64,000 bases of DNA from Vicugna vicugna (GCA_013265495.1 MU059825.1:372001-436000), one strand, 5' to 3'. Positions 11,598 to 24,850 are shown, counted from the stretch's first letter. Made by a program: numbers and translations. The notes: generated from the letters alone by a model not told the origin.

Positions 11598-13375
11598 TTA
11601 CTGCTTTCTGTTAAGTTGCTACAATGAACGCAGTATTTCCCACAGTAGAAGTGAAGCATTGTAGCTCCATTGGGTAAACAGGATTTATGATCAGGCCCGA
11701 CCCTCTAACATCTGTCCTAACCACCGTCTGCAGCATCCCTATGGGAGAGCGGATCTGGTGCCTGCCAGTCAGTTTCCAGATTCACATCTGGGTTTGAGCT
11801 GCCTGCAGGTTGGGGGACTGGCCATTCTTGACCAAAGTCCTGGTCGGTGCCCCTTGGAGGGTGATTCTGACTGCCCTGTGCTCTTATAAGGGACTGGATA
11901 ATCACTGAATGTACGTAAATAAATGAGTTCTGCAAAGGGAGCCTGAAACCGTGTCAGTTTCCCTACAAAGTGTGAGTCTGATTTCTTGGGAACACCTGAC
12001 TCAGGTGGACTTTGGCTGTTCGTTCTGCGTCTCCTCTCTGGCGATAGGGAATTGGATCACAAAAGCAAACTCCTGTCTGGTTGGTGCTTAAGCCCTAATG
12101 AGGAGCAACCCCAAGAAAAACATAAACAGTTCATAGAATGATCTCAGGTGAACGCCCGTGGGAATGAAGCGGGGCAGAGAGGTGGGGGTGGAGGCAGGCG
12201 GGCTGGTCCCTGAGGGCCTTGGGAAGGAGGGGCGCAGTTGATGAAGAGAAGCCAGGCTGGTGAAGATTGGGGGTGGAGTGGACGGTGGGTAGGCATCTTC
12301 CACAGTGGAGGCTTCCATAGCATGTGCAAAGGCCCTGGGGTGGGAATAAGCTTGACTTGTTAAAGGATCAGAAAGAGGTGAGGATGGCTGCCCATGGTGG
12401 GTGGCACCGCAGCAGCAGCTCAGATCAGAGAGGCGGGTGGGCAGGTGCTACAGGACTCTGTAGGCCACCCCAGGAGTTTGGATTTTATTCTAATTTCCAT
12501 GGCAGCCCCGGAAGGTTTCCATCAGGGAGTGGCAAGATCTGATTTCTATTCCAAAAAGCTTAGACTGGCTGTTGTGTGAGACTGGACTTGGCGACATTCG
12601 AACACTATTCCCAAGTCTGATTTCCTGGATTAGCCAGAACACCAGAGGGGGTGGCTTCTGGCAGAGCTGATGCTGAGTTTCGTGTTTGGGTAGGGCTTAG
12701 TTTGTATCGGTTATGACATTTTCACAGGGGGCGTTTGAATTTTTTCTCAGGTTCTTTGCCTGAGGCATCCCTCAGTAGCACAGTGGCATTAAAGTCCTTC
12801 TGTGAATCAGACCTCTCTGCGACCTCTTAATAACAGCTTCCCTGTAACCCTGTTCCATTTAGGAATGCCGAGTGGGAGCCTCCCTTTCCTTCTGTGCCTC
12901 AGAAATTGTCAGGTTAAATGAACACTCTGTACATAAAGCATTTTATGTGAAACAGAAAGGACTTCTGTAGCTAAAAAAACATGACTTTGTGACAGTCTGT
13001 TATTGAAGACATAATTCATGTTGTAACATTTGGGAGGAGGGAAAGATATTAAAATTTTGTGGTTGAGTTAAAATATGCTGCACAATGAAAAGTAATGGAG
13101 AATAAATCAGGTAACCTCTCATCAGCGATGTGCCCTTATCTGTTTCAGAGAGGCCATGGGAGAGATTGAGAATTAGTGGTGCCGCCCTGATAAGTTCCAG
13201 ACACGGTCCTGGGGGCTGTGGGTTGTGGATGGATATGGTTTCTGAGGTTATTGGAGCACTCATCATTATAATCCACGTGGAACCTGATTGCCATTTTTAT
13301 CCACTTTAAGACAGGGTGAGATTTTTAGACAAAAGAATTAGTATGGCTATACAATTTGGGTAGCATTTTGTGTCT

Positions 13376-13880
13376 GTTAGGGCTTTCAGTTCAGAGGGAC
13401 AGAAAACAATTCAAATGGGTCCAAGTGAACTTAGGGAGTCTATTGGTCCAAGCAACTGGAAAGGGAAACATTAGCTTCAGGCACAGCTTGATCTAGGTGC
13501 TCAAGTCATGTCATCAGTGACCTGCTTCTCCCTCTGCATCGCTTGGCTCTACGCCCATTTTGTTGGCTCTGATCTCTTATGAGTTCTTCCCTCATGATGG
13601 CAAATGTTACTCCAGCCTTTGTTCTCAACTTCACAAGTTCAGAGGGTGAGAGAGTCTCTTTCCAAATTCCTACTCAAATCCAATAGCTCCTTTTCCATGG
13701 ATGTGACTGGGTCCCTGGGTCCCCAGCCAATCGCTGTATCCAGGTGATGGGATTACACTGATTGGCCAGGCCTGGGTCCTAGTCCCAGTTGTGAGCCAAT
13801 CCCTGCGGCTTTGGTGAGGATGGGCGGGGTGAGGAGGGAGGTTGCATGCTGATTGGTCAGCCCTCGGTCACGTGTTCACC
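13376..13880. mobile_element. MaLR LTR (MLT1J/K-like)
   Basis: Motifs gcttcaggcacagcttgatctaggtgctcaa, atgatggcaa and ctgattggccaggcctgggtc. Related copies lie at 43612 and 57328. Confidence 0.65.
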
Positions 13881-13960
13881 CCAGCAGGGGTAGACCCACC
13901 GCGAAGTCCCTGATTGAGGGTGAGGGAGGGGAAGTCCCGAAAGAAACTAAAGCGGAAGTG
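13727..13960 (+). promoter_or_regulatory. Putative internal promoter upstream of exon 14020
   Basis: CCAAT at 13727 and 13796, ATTGG at 13761 and 13852, GC box GGGCGGGG at 13822, E-box GTCACGTG at 13867 and ETS CGGAAGTG at 13953. Motif evidence only. Confidence 0.4.
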
Positions 13961-14019
13961 ACATGCTGGCTGGGAAACGTTGTAAATCGCCGCCTTCTCT
14001 CCGTCCTTGCTGCTCGTAG

Positions 14020-14142
14020 GTGAAAGCAGAGTATGCTCGGCTTAACCACACGCTCTCCGTGGTGACCAGAGAACGCGATTTGGCCGTGCAGGAGAAACGC
14101 CAGCTCCAAGCCAAGCTGGAGAACCTAGAACAGGTCCTGAAG
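14020..14142 (+). CDS. RIMBP2: RIMBP2 upstream coiled-coil exon (VKAEYARLNHTLSVVTRERDLAVQEKRQLQAKLENLEQVLK), 123 nt, phase 0-0
   Basis: Acceptor cttctctccgtccttgctgctcgtag| and donor AAG|gtaggg. Clear heptad pattern, in frame with H-MREAA. Confidence 0.85.
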
Positions 14143-14939
14143 GTAGGGGAGCTCCCACGTCCGCCCTCCTCGGGGCCCGCGTGGGGAGGGAAGGGCTGCG
14201 GGACTCCAAGCGGACAGTGGTGGAACCTCTCGAGATCGTCAGCATTCAGGGCTCCTGGGGCCGTTTTACCCGTGCTGTGGTATAAGAAAAAGCAATAAAT
14301 AACGAAATTCGAGTGTGTGTGGAAGCCGTCCCGTAAAACCAATTACGCATTTCCATTCCTTGGGATGTTAAACACAGCTGAGCGAGAGATGATGGGAGGC
14401 TGCGCTCCTGAATGGAAATGGGGCTTAAGTTGAAGACCAGAGGTGTCCCCATTGGTTTTTCAGACTTGGTGAATTTTAAGCTGTTCTTCAGATGGTTAAC
14501 GACCTTGGTTATAAAGAGAACAGCTAAGTCAGAAAATGGCTTTGTCAGGAGGCAGGTAATTGGACACCTCATGCATTCCTGATGAGCTAGGATCTCCTTC
14601 AGTGTTTAATGGGTGGGTTGATTTCCTATTGATGTCACTGAGTTAAGCGGAATGAATTCTTTGGCTTTTTGGTTTTTTTGAGTGTTAAAATTTTATTGAA
14701 TCCTCATCGTGAGAAAAGATTTTAAGAACATGAAAGAATAAAATAGGAATCCCATGCAGTCCTGTAATCTGATACCTAGTTTACTTTAAGCAGTGGTGTT
14801 TCACAAGCGTGGGGCTCAGGGCTCTGCCGCACCCGCCGGCCCTCCTGCATGAGGGAGTGGTCTTCACTCCACCTCTGGCTCCCCTGGGCGAACTGCTGAG
14901 CCCCGAGGGGAAGCGGGCTCAGGACTGGCGGGGACTGGT

Positions 14940-15095
14940 GTGGAGCGGGAAGTGGGTGCAGGGTTTTTCTTCAGGGTGATGAAGATGTTCTGGAATTAGT
15001 GCCACGATTACACAACCATGGAACTGTACCAGGGCCTCTGAAATGACCACTTTAAGAGGGTGAATTGTATGGCATGTGACTTACATCTCAGTTTA
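14940..15095 (+). mobile_element. L1MB/MC 3' tail fragment
   Basis: ggtgatgaagatgttctggaattag...gtgaattgtatggcatgtgacttacatctca. Confidence 0.7.
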
Positions 15096-15534
15096 AGAGT
15101 GAAGATGCCCTGTTCTCTCACAGCAGGCCCTAGAGGAGGGCCACGTGCTTCTCGTGTGGTTCTCGGGGTGGCAGAGCTGTGCCCAGTGCTGGTGGCTTCT
15201 GAGACACGCTCCTGTATCCGCCTCGCCCTCTCTGGAGGAAGGGCCCAGGCTAACCCTGACCACACGGCTTTTAACCATCTGCTCTGAACTTAGAACGTAG
15301 CCTCGTTCCTAAAGAAATGAGACAGCACCACATAATTACTCTTTTGAGCGCCTGCCGTGACCGCTGACTGTGAGTTCTCTGAGACACAAACGATGCTTCA
15401 TTCACCTCTGCCCGTAGCTTGGGAAAGTGGGGTTTTGGTGAATTCAGTGGAGGATGGGCTGGGAATCCAGGGTGTACCCAGGGGCTTGGCTGAGGGTCTG
15501 CTGGGGTCAAGTGACCATGGGGGACCGTGTGGAG

Positions 15535-15732
15535 CAGTGGTTCTCAGCAGGGTGCCTACACACCTAGAAGGCACTTGGCAGCCTGGGGGCATTTCTGATG
15601 GGTCTGAAAGGGAGGGGGCTGTTGGGCAGAGGCCTGGGACCATGGCAGCCCTCCTGTGACGCACAGGACAGCCTCCATGGCAGAGAAGTAAGCAGCCCAG
15701 AATGTCACTTGTGCCCAGGTTGAGAAACTCCG
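15535..15732. mobile_element. MER20-like hAT-Charlie MITE
   Basis: Terminal inverted repeats cagtggttctca...ttgagaaactccg with MER20-like internal sequence. Confidence 0.7.
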
Positions 15733-16145
15733 TGTTAGTTTCCTGTTGCTGCTGCAACAAACGGGCACAACGGACAGTAACACAGGTGTCCTCTCACAGT
15801 TCAGGAGGTCGGATCCAGAGCGGGTGGGATGGGGTGGAAACCGGGGTGTCAGCAAAGCGGTGCGCTTTTTGGAAGGTGTTGGGGACGCCTTTCCCTGCCT
15901 CCCCACCTTCTCACGCCTGCTCCTGGCCCCTCCCTCGGCCTGCAGAGTTGGCAGACTGGCGTCTTGTCTCCTCTCTGACCCCCTGCCTGCCTCTTACAAG
16001 GACCCTGTGATGACACTGGGCCCACTTGGACCGTCTCCCCATCTCAGCATCCTTAACAGAGTCCCTTTGCCATGTAAGGTGACGTATTCACAGACTCTGG
16101 TGATGGGGAGGTGGACATCTTCGGGGGACGTTATTCAGCCTGCTC
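15733..16145 (-). mobile_element. MaLR LTR (MLT1C/D-like)
   Basis: tgttagtttcctgttgctgc...ccctttgccatgtaaggtgacgtattcacag...ggacatctt. Confidence 0.8.
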
Positions 16146-19100
16146 CCCACTGGAGTATTTTAAGGAAGTGACCAACAGCACTGACCCTGCCTGTGGGCAG
16201 AGGAGGCCCGTTTGTAATTCCAGGGAGTGAAGTTCGCATCTGTCCAAACCCATCTCCTGCCTGCCCACAGGGCTTCAGGCCAGTCTTTCCTCCTGCTTGG
16301 AGTGGGTGAAGGCCCATGCATTCTAACTGGCATGGTGGGGCCCTCCGCCCTTCCGTCTGACCTGGGGTTAGAACCTCATCACCAGGGCCCTGCACCCGTG
16401 GAGACACCCCAGGTTTGGATCTAGGTTCTGTCCATGGTGCCCTGCAAATAGCCCTCCCATCTTGGGGATCCAGACCAGGGGTGCCGTCTGCCCTCAGGGG
16501 ACAGGCAGGGGAGGAGGCCTGTGCAGGAGCTGGGGGTGAGCTTGGGGACACTAGGACAGGGAACTCGAGGGTCTGGGGAGCTAGATTGTGGTCCAGGAGG
16601 GGAGAGTGTGGGATTTGGGTGGGCTTGTCCTCTTAGCCCCATGGGACAGAGGCCCCAGTCTGAAGGGTGGTGCCAGGTGGCAGGGCCTTGGCTGGCTGGG
16701 CAGCCTGTGAGCAGCTGTCAGTGGACAAGCAGCAAGAACTGGAGAGGTTAGCAGCTGTGAGGGCCCTGTAGGGACTGGTGACAGCGTTACGGGGCAGGAT
16801 TCTGGCAGATGCCACCCCCTTCCTGCCTTGGTCAGCAGCCGCCACTGCGCTGTTGTGGCTTGTTTGTCACGTGGCAGCCAGAGCAGCACTGACCAAACAG
16901 AAATCCAATCCCAGCGACACTGTGGACCCTCCATGCGCCCCCCCAGCTCACTTACCTCCGGGGCTACCCTCGCCTCCCAGGGCCTCCGTCCTCTGCTCGC
17001 TGCCCCTGCTCTACCCACTCCTAGGCCAGCCCAGAAGAGGGGCCTTGCTGGAAGCTGACGGAGCTCTGGCTCAGAGCATCTTGGCTCGATGAGAAAAGGG
17101 AGAGAGAAAAAGACCTGGAGATCAGAAGAGGCTTGTCCTCTTCAAGAGGGAGATTCTGTCACAGTTGAAGGAAGGAAAGCCAACGTCTCAGAAATTCACA
17201 AAACCCTCTGTGATCTGCCCTCTTCCCACACGCGGTGCTGAGAGCCTTGGGGGCTGAGAGCGGGAGGGAAAAGAGCGGGGAGGTGTGGGTTCCACCGAGG
17301 CAGTTGCTGGAATCTGGGCTCTTGGACAGAATTTGCTGCTTTCAAAGGACCACCTTCAAGCGGGGTAATTGTGGTTTAAGGAGCATTGCCTCAATATGGA
17401 CTGATTGAAAAGCACAGTGATTTTTACCTTCTGGTATTTTGGTCATAATAGTAAAAGGGTTATTCAGAATCAGCTCTTTTCCCCTCCTTGAGCAGTAAAG
17501 CCTGTCTGTGGCAGTAGAGAAGGAAGGAGGTGAACGCTGGGCTGAGACACAGCTGACCTGACTTTGAAAACCCTGTTGTTTCTGTAAACGGGTACAATGA
17601 TAACATTGCACTTCCAGAAGCCGCCCAGACTCCCCCACAACTCCCGGAGTATGGTGTCTGGTCTCCAGGTGTCATCAATTTGAACTGAATTAGCCCCCCA
17701 AACTGGTTTCAGTCAACCTGATTTGCTGGGAACCAAAGAGAACTCGTCCAGGCTTGGGGAGCATGCAGAGGGGAAGCTGAGAGGTGCAGGATTCCAGTCT
17801 GAGCATCCCTGCAGCCGGACCCGGACCAGACGGCCCTGCCCCCAGCCCCTGTCCTTCATCTGGGAGAAGCAAAGATGTGAGCTGCTGGTCGGAGGGAGAC
17901 CGGTGACTGGCTCACAAAATCATGGTGTCGTTGGCTTCTTACTGAATTGTGACTGCTGCGTAGCTCTTCCTTCCGAACACAGAAGCTGTTAGTGAAAGAG
18001 ATAAGACTGAATTTGGGGCTATTTTCTCTGAGAGATGGAGCCATGTGCTGTTGTGATGAGGGTCTTTAGGGACGGAAGCTGGGGGTCAGGGAACCACCTT
18101 GTGCTGGAGACAGGGTACACTGTGACCACGGGATCCTTGGTGCAGGAGAACCCTCGGTCCTTACACTGGGGACCCTGCGATTCCTCTGGAGGTGGCTTTG
18201 TTCAGTTACCAGATGACGCACGAGGCAGTGTGATACTCTGGCAGCAAGCGTGGTGTCTGGTGTCTGAACATCCGGTGGTCACCGCCAGGAGCTAACCTGT
18301 ATAGCCTCCACCCTGCCACCATCTTCAAAGTTCTCAGAGTGGTGGGCGCAGCAGGGGCACGCCGTTCAGTAAATGAAGAATGCTCCTTTATGTTGACATG
18401 GTGTAATCATGGCTCTGCACTTGGGCCAGCACGCATCCAGTGTCTGTCTGAACTGTTAATTACCCCGTTGGTCACGTTCGTGAGTTAGTTGGCTTTTTAG
18501 TTTCCAAATGTCACTGACATGCCACTCGTCTTTGTACCGATAATTCAGTTTAGTCGGAGACGATGCCTGCCTCCCTCTCTCATCGTGGGTTCTGTTATCG
18601 CGAGTCCGCCATCACAGCAAGATGGTGACAGTTCTGGTTTTTTTCAGAGGCCTTTTAATTTTCTTACTTTATATTCAGTGATTGGGAAGGTCTCAATGAT
18701 CACGTGACATCTGGGCAGAGACCCGGGTGAAGGGAGGAAGGGCGTTGTGCAGAAATCTGGAGAAAGAATGTTCCAGCAGAGGGAACAGCGAGCACTAAGG
18801 CCTGAGATGGAGGGGTGGGTGCCTGACTTGCTTGAGGAGAGTGCAGAGGCTAGAGCTGCAGAAACAGGATGAAGAGAGGAGCCAGGCAGCTTAAGATCTG
18901 GAAGGTCCGGCCCCCTCCTTGCTCTCGGCCACACTGCCTCCTTTCAGCTCTTCTCATGAGCACGCTCCAGCCACCCAGGGCTTTTGCACTTGCTGTGTCT
19001 GCTGTGTGGGTCGCTTTTGTCCTGGTCACCTCCAGGAGCTTATAAGCACGATGGCACGTTCTGTATCTTTTCTGCTAATCAGTTTATAGTGCCCAGCCTG

Positions 19101-19379
19101 GTGTAGAGATACCGTATAACAAATGTTTGCTGCGTGAATGAGAGGTGGAGGCGCGATATTCTCAAGTCTTCCCTGCGTACAGTAGCCGATATTCTAAGCC
19201 CCCTGCTTAGCTAAGAGGTGAGCCCTCGGCTTTGCAAAGCCTTCAGGAATGTATGTCCTTCCTGAGACTGACTGTCCCCTGGGGCTGAGCCACAGCCACC
19301 TTAGTGGAATTAAAATTGAATCATGTCCCGGCTGCTCACCCTCACCGATGGCTTCTTACTACACAGAGATGAAAATCTA

Positions 19380-19860
19380 AACTCTTTCCTGCAGGACCCT
19401 GCTCTCTCTGCCCCTCACCGAATCCTTCACCCCTGACTCCTACTATGACCCCTTACAGCCTGGGCCCAGCTTCACTTATGTTCCCTGTCTCTGGAACATA
19501 CTACACTTGTGTCCACCCCAGGGCCCTTGCACTGACTGCTTCTCCCACCTGGAATGCCATTTCCCTCAGCACTTTGTGTTTCTGACTCTTGACCAATTGA
19601 GTCTTGGTGTCATGTCCGTTACTTGGTGATGCCTTTCCTGGCCTTCTTATCTCCAGGAGCCCTCATCCAGGCCAGTCGCTACCACATCATCCTATTGTGT
19701 TGTCTCCCGAGCAAACTTGTCTTGCTTGTTTTATTTGTCTGTTTGTGTGTTGTTTGTTTTCTCTTTCCAAAAATGTAACCTCCTTGAGAGAGACTTTGTT
19801 TCAGTGTGCAGGACAAAATCTGGCATCGAGGAGGCACTCAGTAAATATTGAGTAATTAGT
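19380..19860 (+). mobile_element. LINE-2 3' end
   Basis: cagggcccttgcactgactg...cctggaatgcc and ctggcatcgaggaggcactcagtaaatattg, followed by a (GAAT)n-like tail. Confidence 0.65.
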
Positions 19861-21827
19861 CACTGAACAGGTGAATGAATGAATGCAAAGTGAATGAGTG
19901 AGCGCATGCACCAGCGACAGAACTGGGTGCATGAGTGATCGCACGCATGCCTGAGCGAGAGACCACGTGATTCCTGACCTGGCCTGCCATGGTGGGGACC
20001 AGTGGAGCAAGTGCAGGCTTGTGGTCCAGGAAGCCTGTCTAGAAGGATTGCTTCTCTGGGCTTCAAGTGCTTCCGCCAAAATGCAGCCACAAGTGAAATG
20101 CAGTCTGTCTGGCTGAGACTCAGATTCTCCAAGAGGGCAAACTGCCGGCGAGTTTGTGATTTCCAGCGTCTGCTCGGCCCCAGCTGGGGGACCGTCAGAC
20201 GAGGATGTCCCCCCACCAGGCTCCTCACCTCTGAGTCCGACAGCCCCCCGCTCGGGTCTTGGCACAAGTGTGTAGCCTGGGATGAAGTGGAGCGAACCAC
20301 ACGAATTTTCCCTCCAGCATCTCAGGCTCGGGTGTCCCGTAGAAGAGCCTCGTGTTTTCACGCGCACTTCCTGTTGCTGGATGTTCAGGGCATTCTGGGT
20401 GCTCAGCGTCCTGCCAGCTCCAGTGAAGCGGAAAGGAGCTTGTGAAGCTTTGGTTTCTGCGTCTGACCAGAGCACATCCTGCCGCCCTTCCCCATGTCTT
20501 GCTCAGGACCCGTGAGACGGGCTGTTTGTCAGGTGCAGAGAGACCTGTGTTGCAGGATAGCCTTGCTGTCCTGGCAGGGGACAGCAGCACGCTCCAAGTG
20601 TTCACTTTGAGAGCGCCCAGTACAGCGAGCACTTACAGAGGTGTGGGCTGGGGGACCGGCCGGGGGGTGAGGCACAGAGACCAACAGTGCCGGCCGCTGT
20701 CCACCCCCGGCCTGAGGGCAGCTCCTGGAGCCTGGCGGGCACTGCAGCCGCGGGGAAGCCAGGGGAAGTGGACGGCGTCCCCCAGATTCACGTCCGCCCA
20801 GAACCTGTGAGTGTGGCCGTGCTGGCAAAGAAGTTCCTGATTCCTGGAGAGAGAGAGACAGATGAATTTGCCAGTGCGTTATACCCTCCCAGCCCTGCTG
20901 ACCCACCGGCAAGCCCCAGACCACTTTCAAGTTTTTGGACATTTCCAGCAAGACGGTGGAGGGAGGCATTTCAACGTTGGTTTTTATTGAATTGAGAGAA
21001 AAAATCATGCCTTAAACAGGACCATCCTGTTCCTTGACGTCAAGGATCCCTGAGCACTCTGCCCAAGTGTGACAGGCCAGGCTGACGGCAGGTCGACAGG
21101 TGAAAGTTCGCAGCCCCCTCTGGTTCTGTGACCAGCACGCAGTGCAAATCCTAGAACTCTGACCCGGGAATATACAGAACACCTCTGCTGAAGAGTTAAA
21201 CTTAACACGTTATAGTTTATGATTAAAAGACAAAGGTAGTATTCGGGACCAGGTTTTGTTCTCCTGATCAACAGATTAGTCAGTTTCAGCACAGATAATC
21301 CGAGGCCTATTTTGTGTCGATGAGCAGCTGAGTATGTGGGATTAATAAGTAACTCTGGCAGTGACAATTAATGTTCCCTTGTCTCGGGCTCCCCATCTGT
21401 CACCCTTCCATTATATTGTATCTGTGCGCGGAGACTCATCCTTACACCTATGAATACAAACCTGCCCGGTTATTGTCAGGTTTAATTAAGGTTTTGGAGT
21501 TCATTTTCTGAGTTCTGATAGTCGAGCTCCAGTAAAGCCCTCCAGGGTTCTCTGGGACATGAGAATAATGTTTAAGGCTCTGTCTCCGGCAAAACCCTTG
21601 ATGCGCCTGATCCAGGCAGCTGATAGCATTATCTGGATGTTCAGAGACTGGCAAGAAACAGGAAATGCATTGCTTTCAAAGCTTCATTCTCTGTTCCCAT
21701 CTCCACGGGGAGAGGTTTTGGTAAGAGGCACTGCCGGTTCATTGGCTGGTGCTGTGGGACACACACGTGTCTTATTTGTATCCAGCAAAAGGACGGATCT
21801 GGGTCTCATTCTGAGACTAGGACGCTA

Positions 21828-21848
21828 CCCCCCCCCCCCCCCCCCCCC
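21828..21848. repeat. C21 homopolymer
   Basis: Counted directly. Confidence 0.95.
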
Positions 21849-24669
21849 GTGGACTTGACGGTTTTCTCCTTGTTCTCTGCTGGGAGCCCCAGGCAGCCCA
21901 TCAAGAGTCTGAGCTGCTGAGCTCAGCTGCTGTAAGGTGTTCAACTTTGCTCTCTGCCGTGGATTAAAACGGCATCAAGCTGCCGTTCCCTCGTCAGGTT
22001 AAGACGCGTTCAGGAGTGATGGTGCCCAGGGCCCGCGAGGAGTGGGGCGTGGGTGAATGGCTGCCGCCTCCCCTGGTCCTGGGCCTTTCCACAGTTAGCG
22101 TGCGCCTCCCCTTCCCCTGCGGTCTCCGCGCTGGGAGCCCACGTAAGGCGCAGAGCCTCCGGTACGTCCCCGGGATATTCACTGTAGCATGACCTGTACT
22201 GGCGAAAACAGCCATGATGTTCACTGGAACTGAATGCAGTGATTACAGAAAGAGTCAGGTCCACAGGTAATGACCAAGGGTGCAGTCCAGTGAGGGGTCC
22301 ACACGCCGTTTTAGGGGGCACAGCTGAACCCACAGCAGGGGATCACCTCACCTGTTCCAGATCTGCCCCTTTCCCTCAGCTCTCTCAGCTGAAACGTCAC
22401 CTCCCTGACCGGCTCTAGTGGAGTCCCCGCTGCTGCCCCCACCCCCACCCCCCCGCTTCCCTCTCCTCCTCTTGGTCTCTGAGGTCCTCATGTGCTTACC
22501 AGACTCCCTGTGTGCCTTCTGCATCCCCCTCCCGAGCAGAATGTGAACTTCACAAGAGCAGAGATGATCTTTGACTCACTCCTTAGTCCCTTCCAAGCAT
22601 CAGGCATCTGGCGCGGAGTGAGTGTTCCATGATCATTTTTGGATAAATGAAAGCACATGGCCAGGAGGTAAACTCTGTTTCAACACAGACCCACAGGTCC
22701 TGAAATAAGAAGCCGGGTCTGATTCTGTTTCCCAGCTGTGCCATCTGCCCAGCTGCCCTGGCCAGAGGCGTGCGATTCCTGGTCCCTCGTCCTGGCTGTG
22801 CAGTTCATGAACTGTCCTGTTTATTTAAAATAAGCCATCCAAATACCTCCCAAGCCAACCTGTGTCTCCCTGTTTCTACTCCCGCTGCCTGAGGCTGGGA
22901 GGCGTGCTTCCCCTCAGGTTGTGTTAGAAGTTTCCTAGCTTCCTGCCTCTTCCTGCCTCCACTCTGGCTCCGCTCCACTCTTCCCTTCACACCGCAGCTT
23001 CAGCGAGCACCAGTCCGGCTGTGCTGTGCCCAGTCCAGGTCCTTGCGTGGTTGCCCATCGCTCTGAGAGTGAGGGTGATGTCATTCTGGCTTCTGCCGAC
23101 CCTCTTGGCTTCCCCTTCCAACAGTCTGCATCCACCCCCCACACTCCCGGCACACCGGCCTTCCTTTTCGCCCTTGACTTCACATTGATCCCTTTGGCCA
23201 CAGGGCCTTTGCTTTGCCCTTCCCTCTTCTAACCAACTCCTGTGCATCCTCAAAAACCCACTCATCTGTCACCTCCTCTGGGAAGACTCAGTGTTCAGCA
23301 CTTCCCCTTTGTGGCATTTGTAAGTGGAAGAAATGACACTTGGGTGCAGGTCTGACTGACTGTGTCCTGCTCCTGACCGGCCTTGACCCCTAGCCCGGGC
23401 CGCTGGGGACCTCTGGGGCATGGTGAAGCCTGTGCTTCAGGAAGATGACCTCAGTGACTCTGAACGCCGCTGTCTCTGTGTTTTCAGAATCCATCAGGGT
23501 CAGATGAGCAAGAGCAAGGCTTACCCAGTGTCTTAAGGGCAAATTAGGAGTCAGGAGAGCTCCAAGATTTTGTAAAGGGGTTCCTACCTTCCTGATTTTT
23601 TTTCCAGTTTGAGAAACTAAGATATTTTGGTAAAAATAGATTTCAGCTTCCAGAGCTCACATGGCTCTCTTTCATGCCAATTCTCATAATGAATGAATCT
23701 GACTTCCACACAGACAAGATGAGCAGTCGTGTGGCAGGGAGAATAAACAGTTTTCAGTGCCTCCTTTCTTGTTTTTGAAGACATGAACTCAGTAAGTGCT
23801 GTGTTCTCTTCACCAGGTGTCTGGCGAAGGGAAATTGTGGGCACGGAAACGGTCCGTTACGTCCACTGCGCGGGCCAGATCCCGTGAACGTGGCACTAGA
23901 AGCCCCTCTGTTAACTGTGTTACGGGAAATGACTTTCTCCCTTCATTTCTTGGCCCAGGCAGGGCAGGACCCAAAGCAGACGACAGAGCCCCCTTTGATC
24001 TGACGCTGAGGAGATGATTCAGTTGCTCCACGCTTGTCCGCCCGTGCGACATCCGAGCTTTCCTGGGGAAGTGGCACCTTGACATTTGTAGGCTACTTAG
24101 CGCTCGTGCTAATGCCGACATCCGGCTATAAATACCACTGCTTTAAAAATAAGCCCTGCCACAGGCAGAGCGTTTCAGACAGGCGCTGTTTGCTGCGGTG
24201 CCTCATCTCCAGGGCTTTTCAGACAGGAAGTGTTCCCAGGGGACATGCCCTTGAATCGGAACGATGTCTGTGAAAGGAGACGGAAGCCAGATGTTAGGAG
24301 TTTGGCGGGAGTTCGTCTTGGGGTGAGAGCCAGGGCGCTTCAGACTGTCTGTGAGGACCCGTGGCCCCGGGTGCTCCCGGGACAGCCGGGATGGTGATGA
24401 CTCGTGGAAGTTATGCTGGTGACGATGTAACTTGCCTCCCCGGAGAAGTGTGGGTGGCTCTTGGCGCTGGTCACGTGGCCTAGGACGGCTTGTGTTCAGT
24501 GCCCTGCGAGCGCCGGAGGGGCTGGGAGTGGCGCCAAGGCCCTGCAAGACAGTTCTTGCAAAGTCTGCTGGACGTCAGCACGTCCCCTGGATATGCGTGG
24601 GGTCCCACGGGAAGTCTCCTGTAGAGCAGACTGATGATAGTGTGGAGGGACGGCGAGCGCAGATCTGGG

Positions 24670-24850
24670 GGCTGGCTCCCTGGGTTCAAATATGGCCTCA
24701 TCGTTGACTAGCTGGGCAGCCTTGGGCAAGTTACTTAGCCTCTCTGGGCCTTGGTTTCCTTCTCTGTAAACAGGGAGAAAAATATTTCCTGCCTCAAGAG
24801 TTGTGCAGATTTGATGTGTTAGATGTGTCAAATACTTGGTCAGACGCACT
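24670..24850 (+). mobile_element. MIR SINE
   Basis: Core ctgggttcaaat...ccttgggcaagttacttagcctctctgggccttggtttccttctctgtaaa. Confidence 0.8.

Noticed and set aside
21965-22313. 9-bp inverted repeat (taaaacggc / gccgtttta) suggesting MITE ends
   Set aside because: Too short, with no TSD or family match. Compatible with chance.
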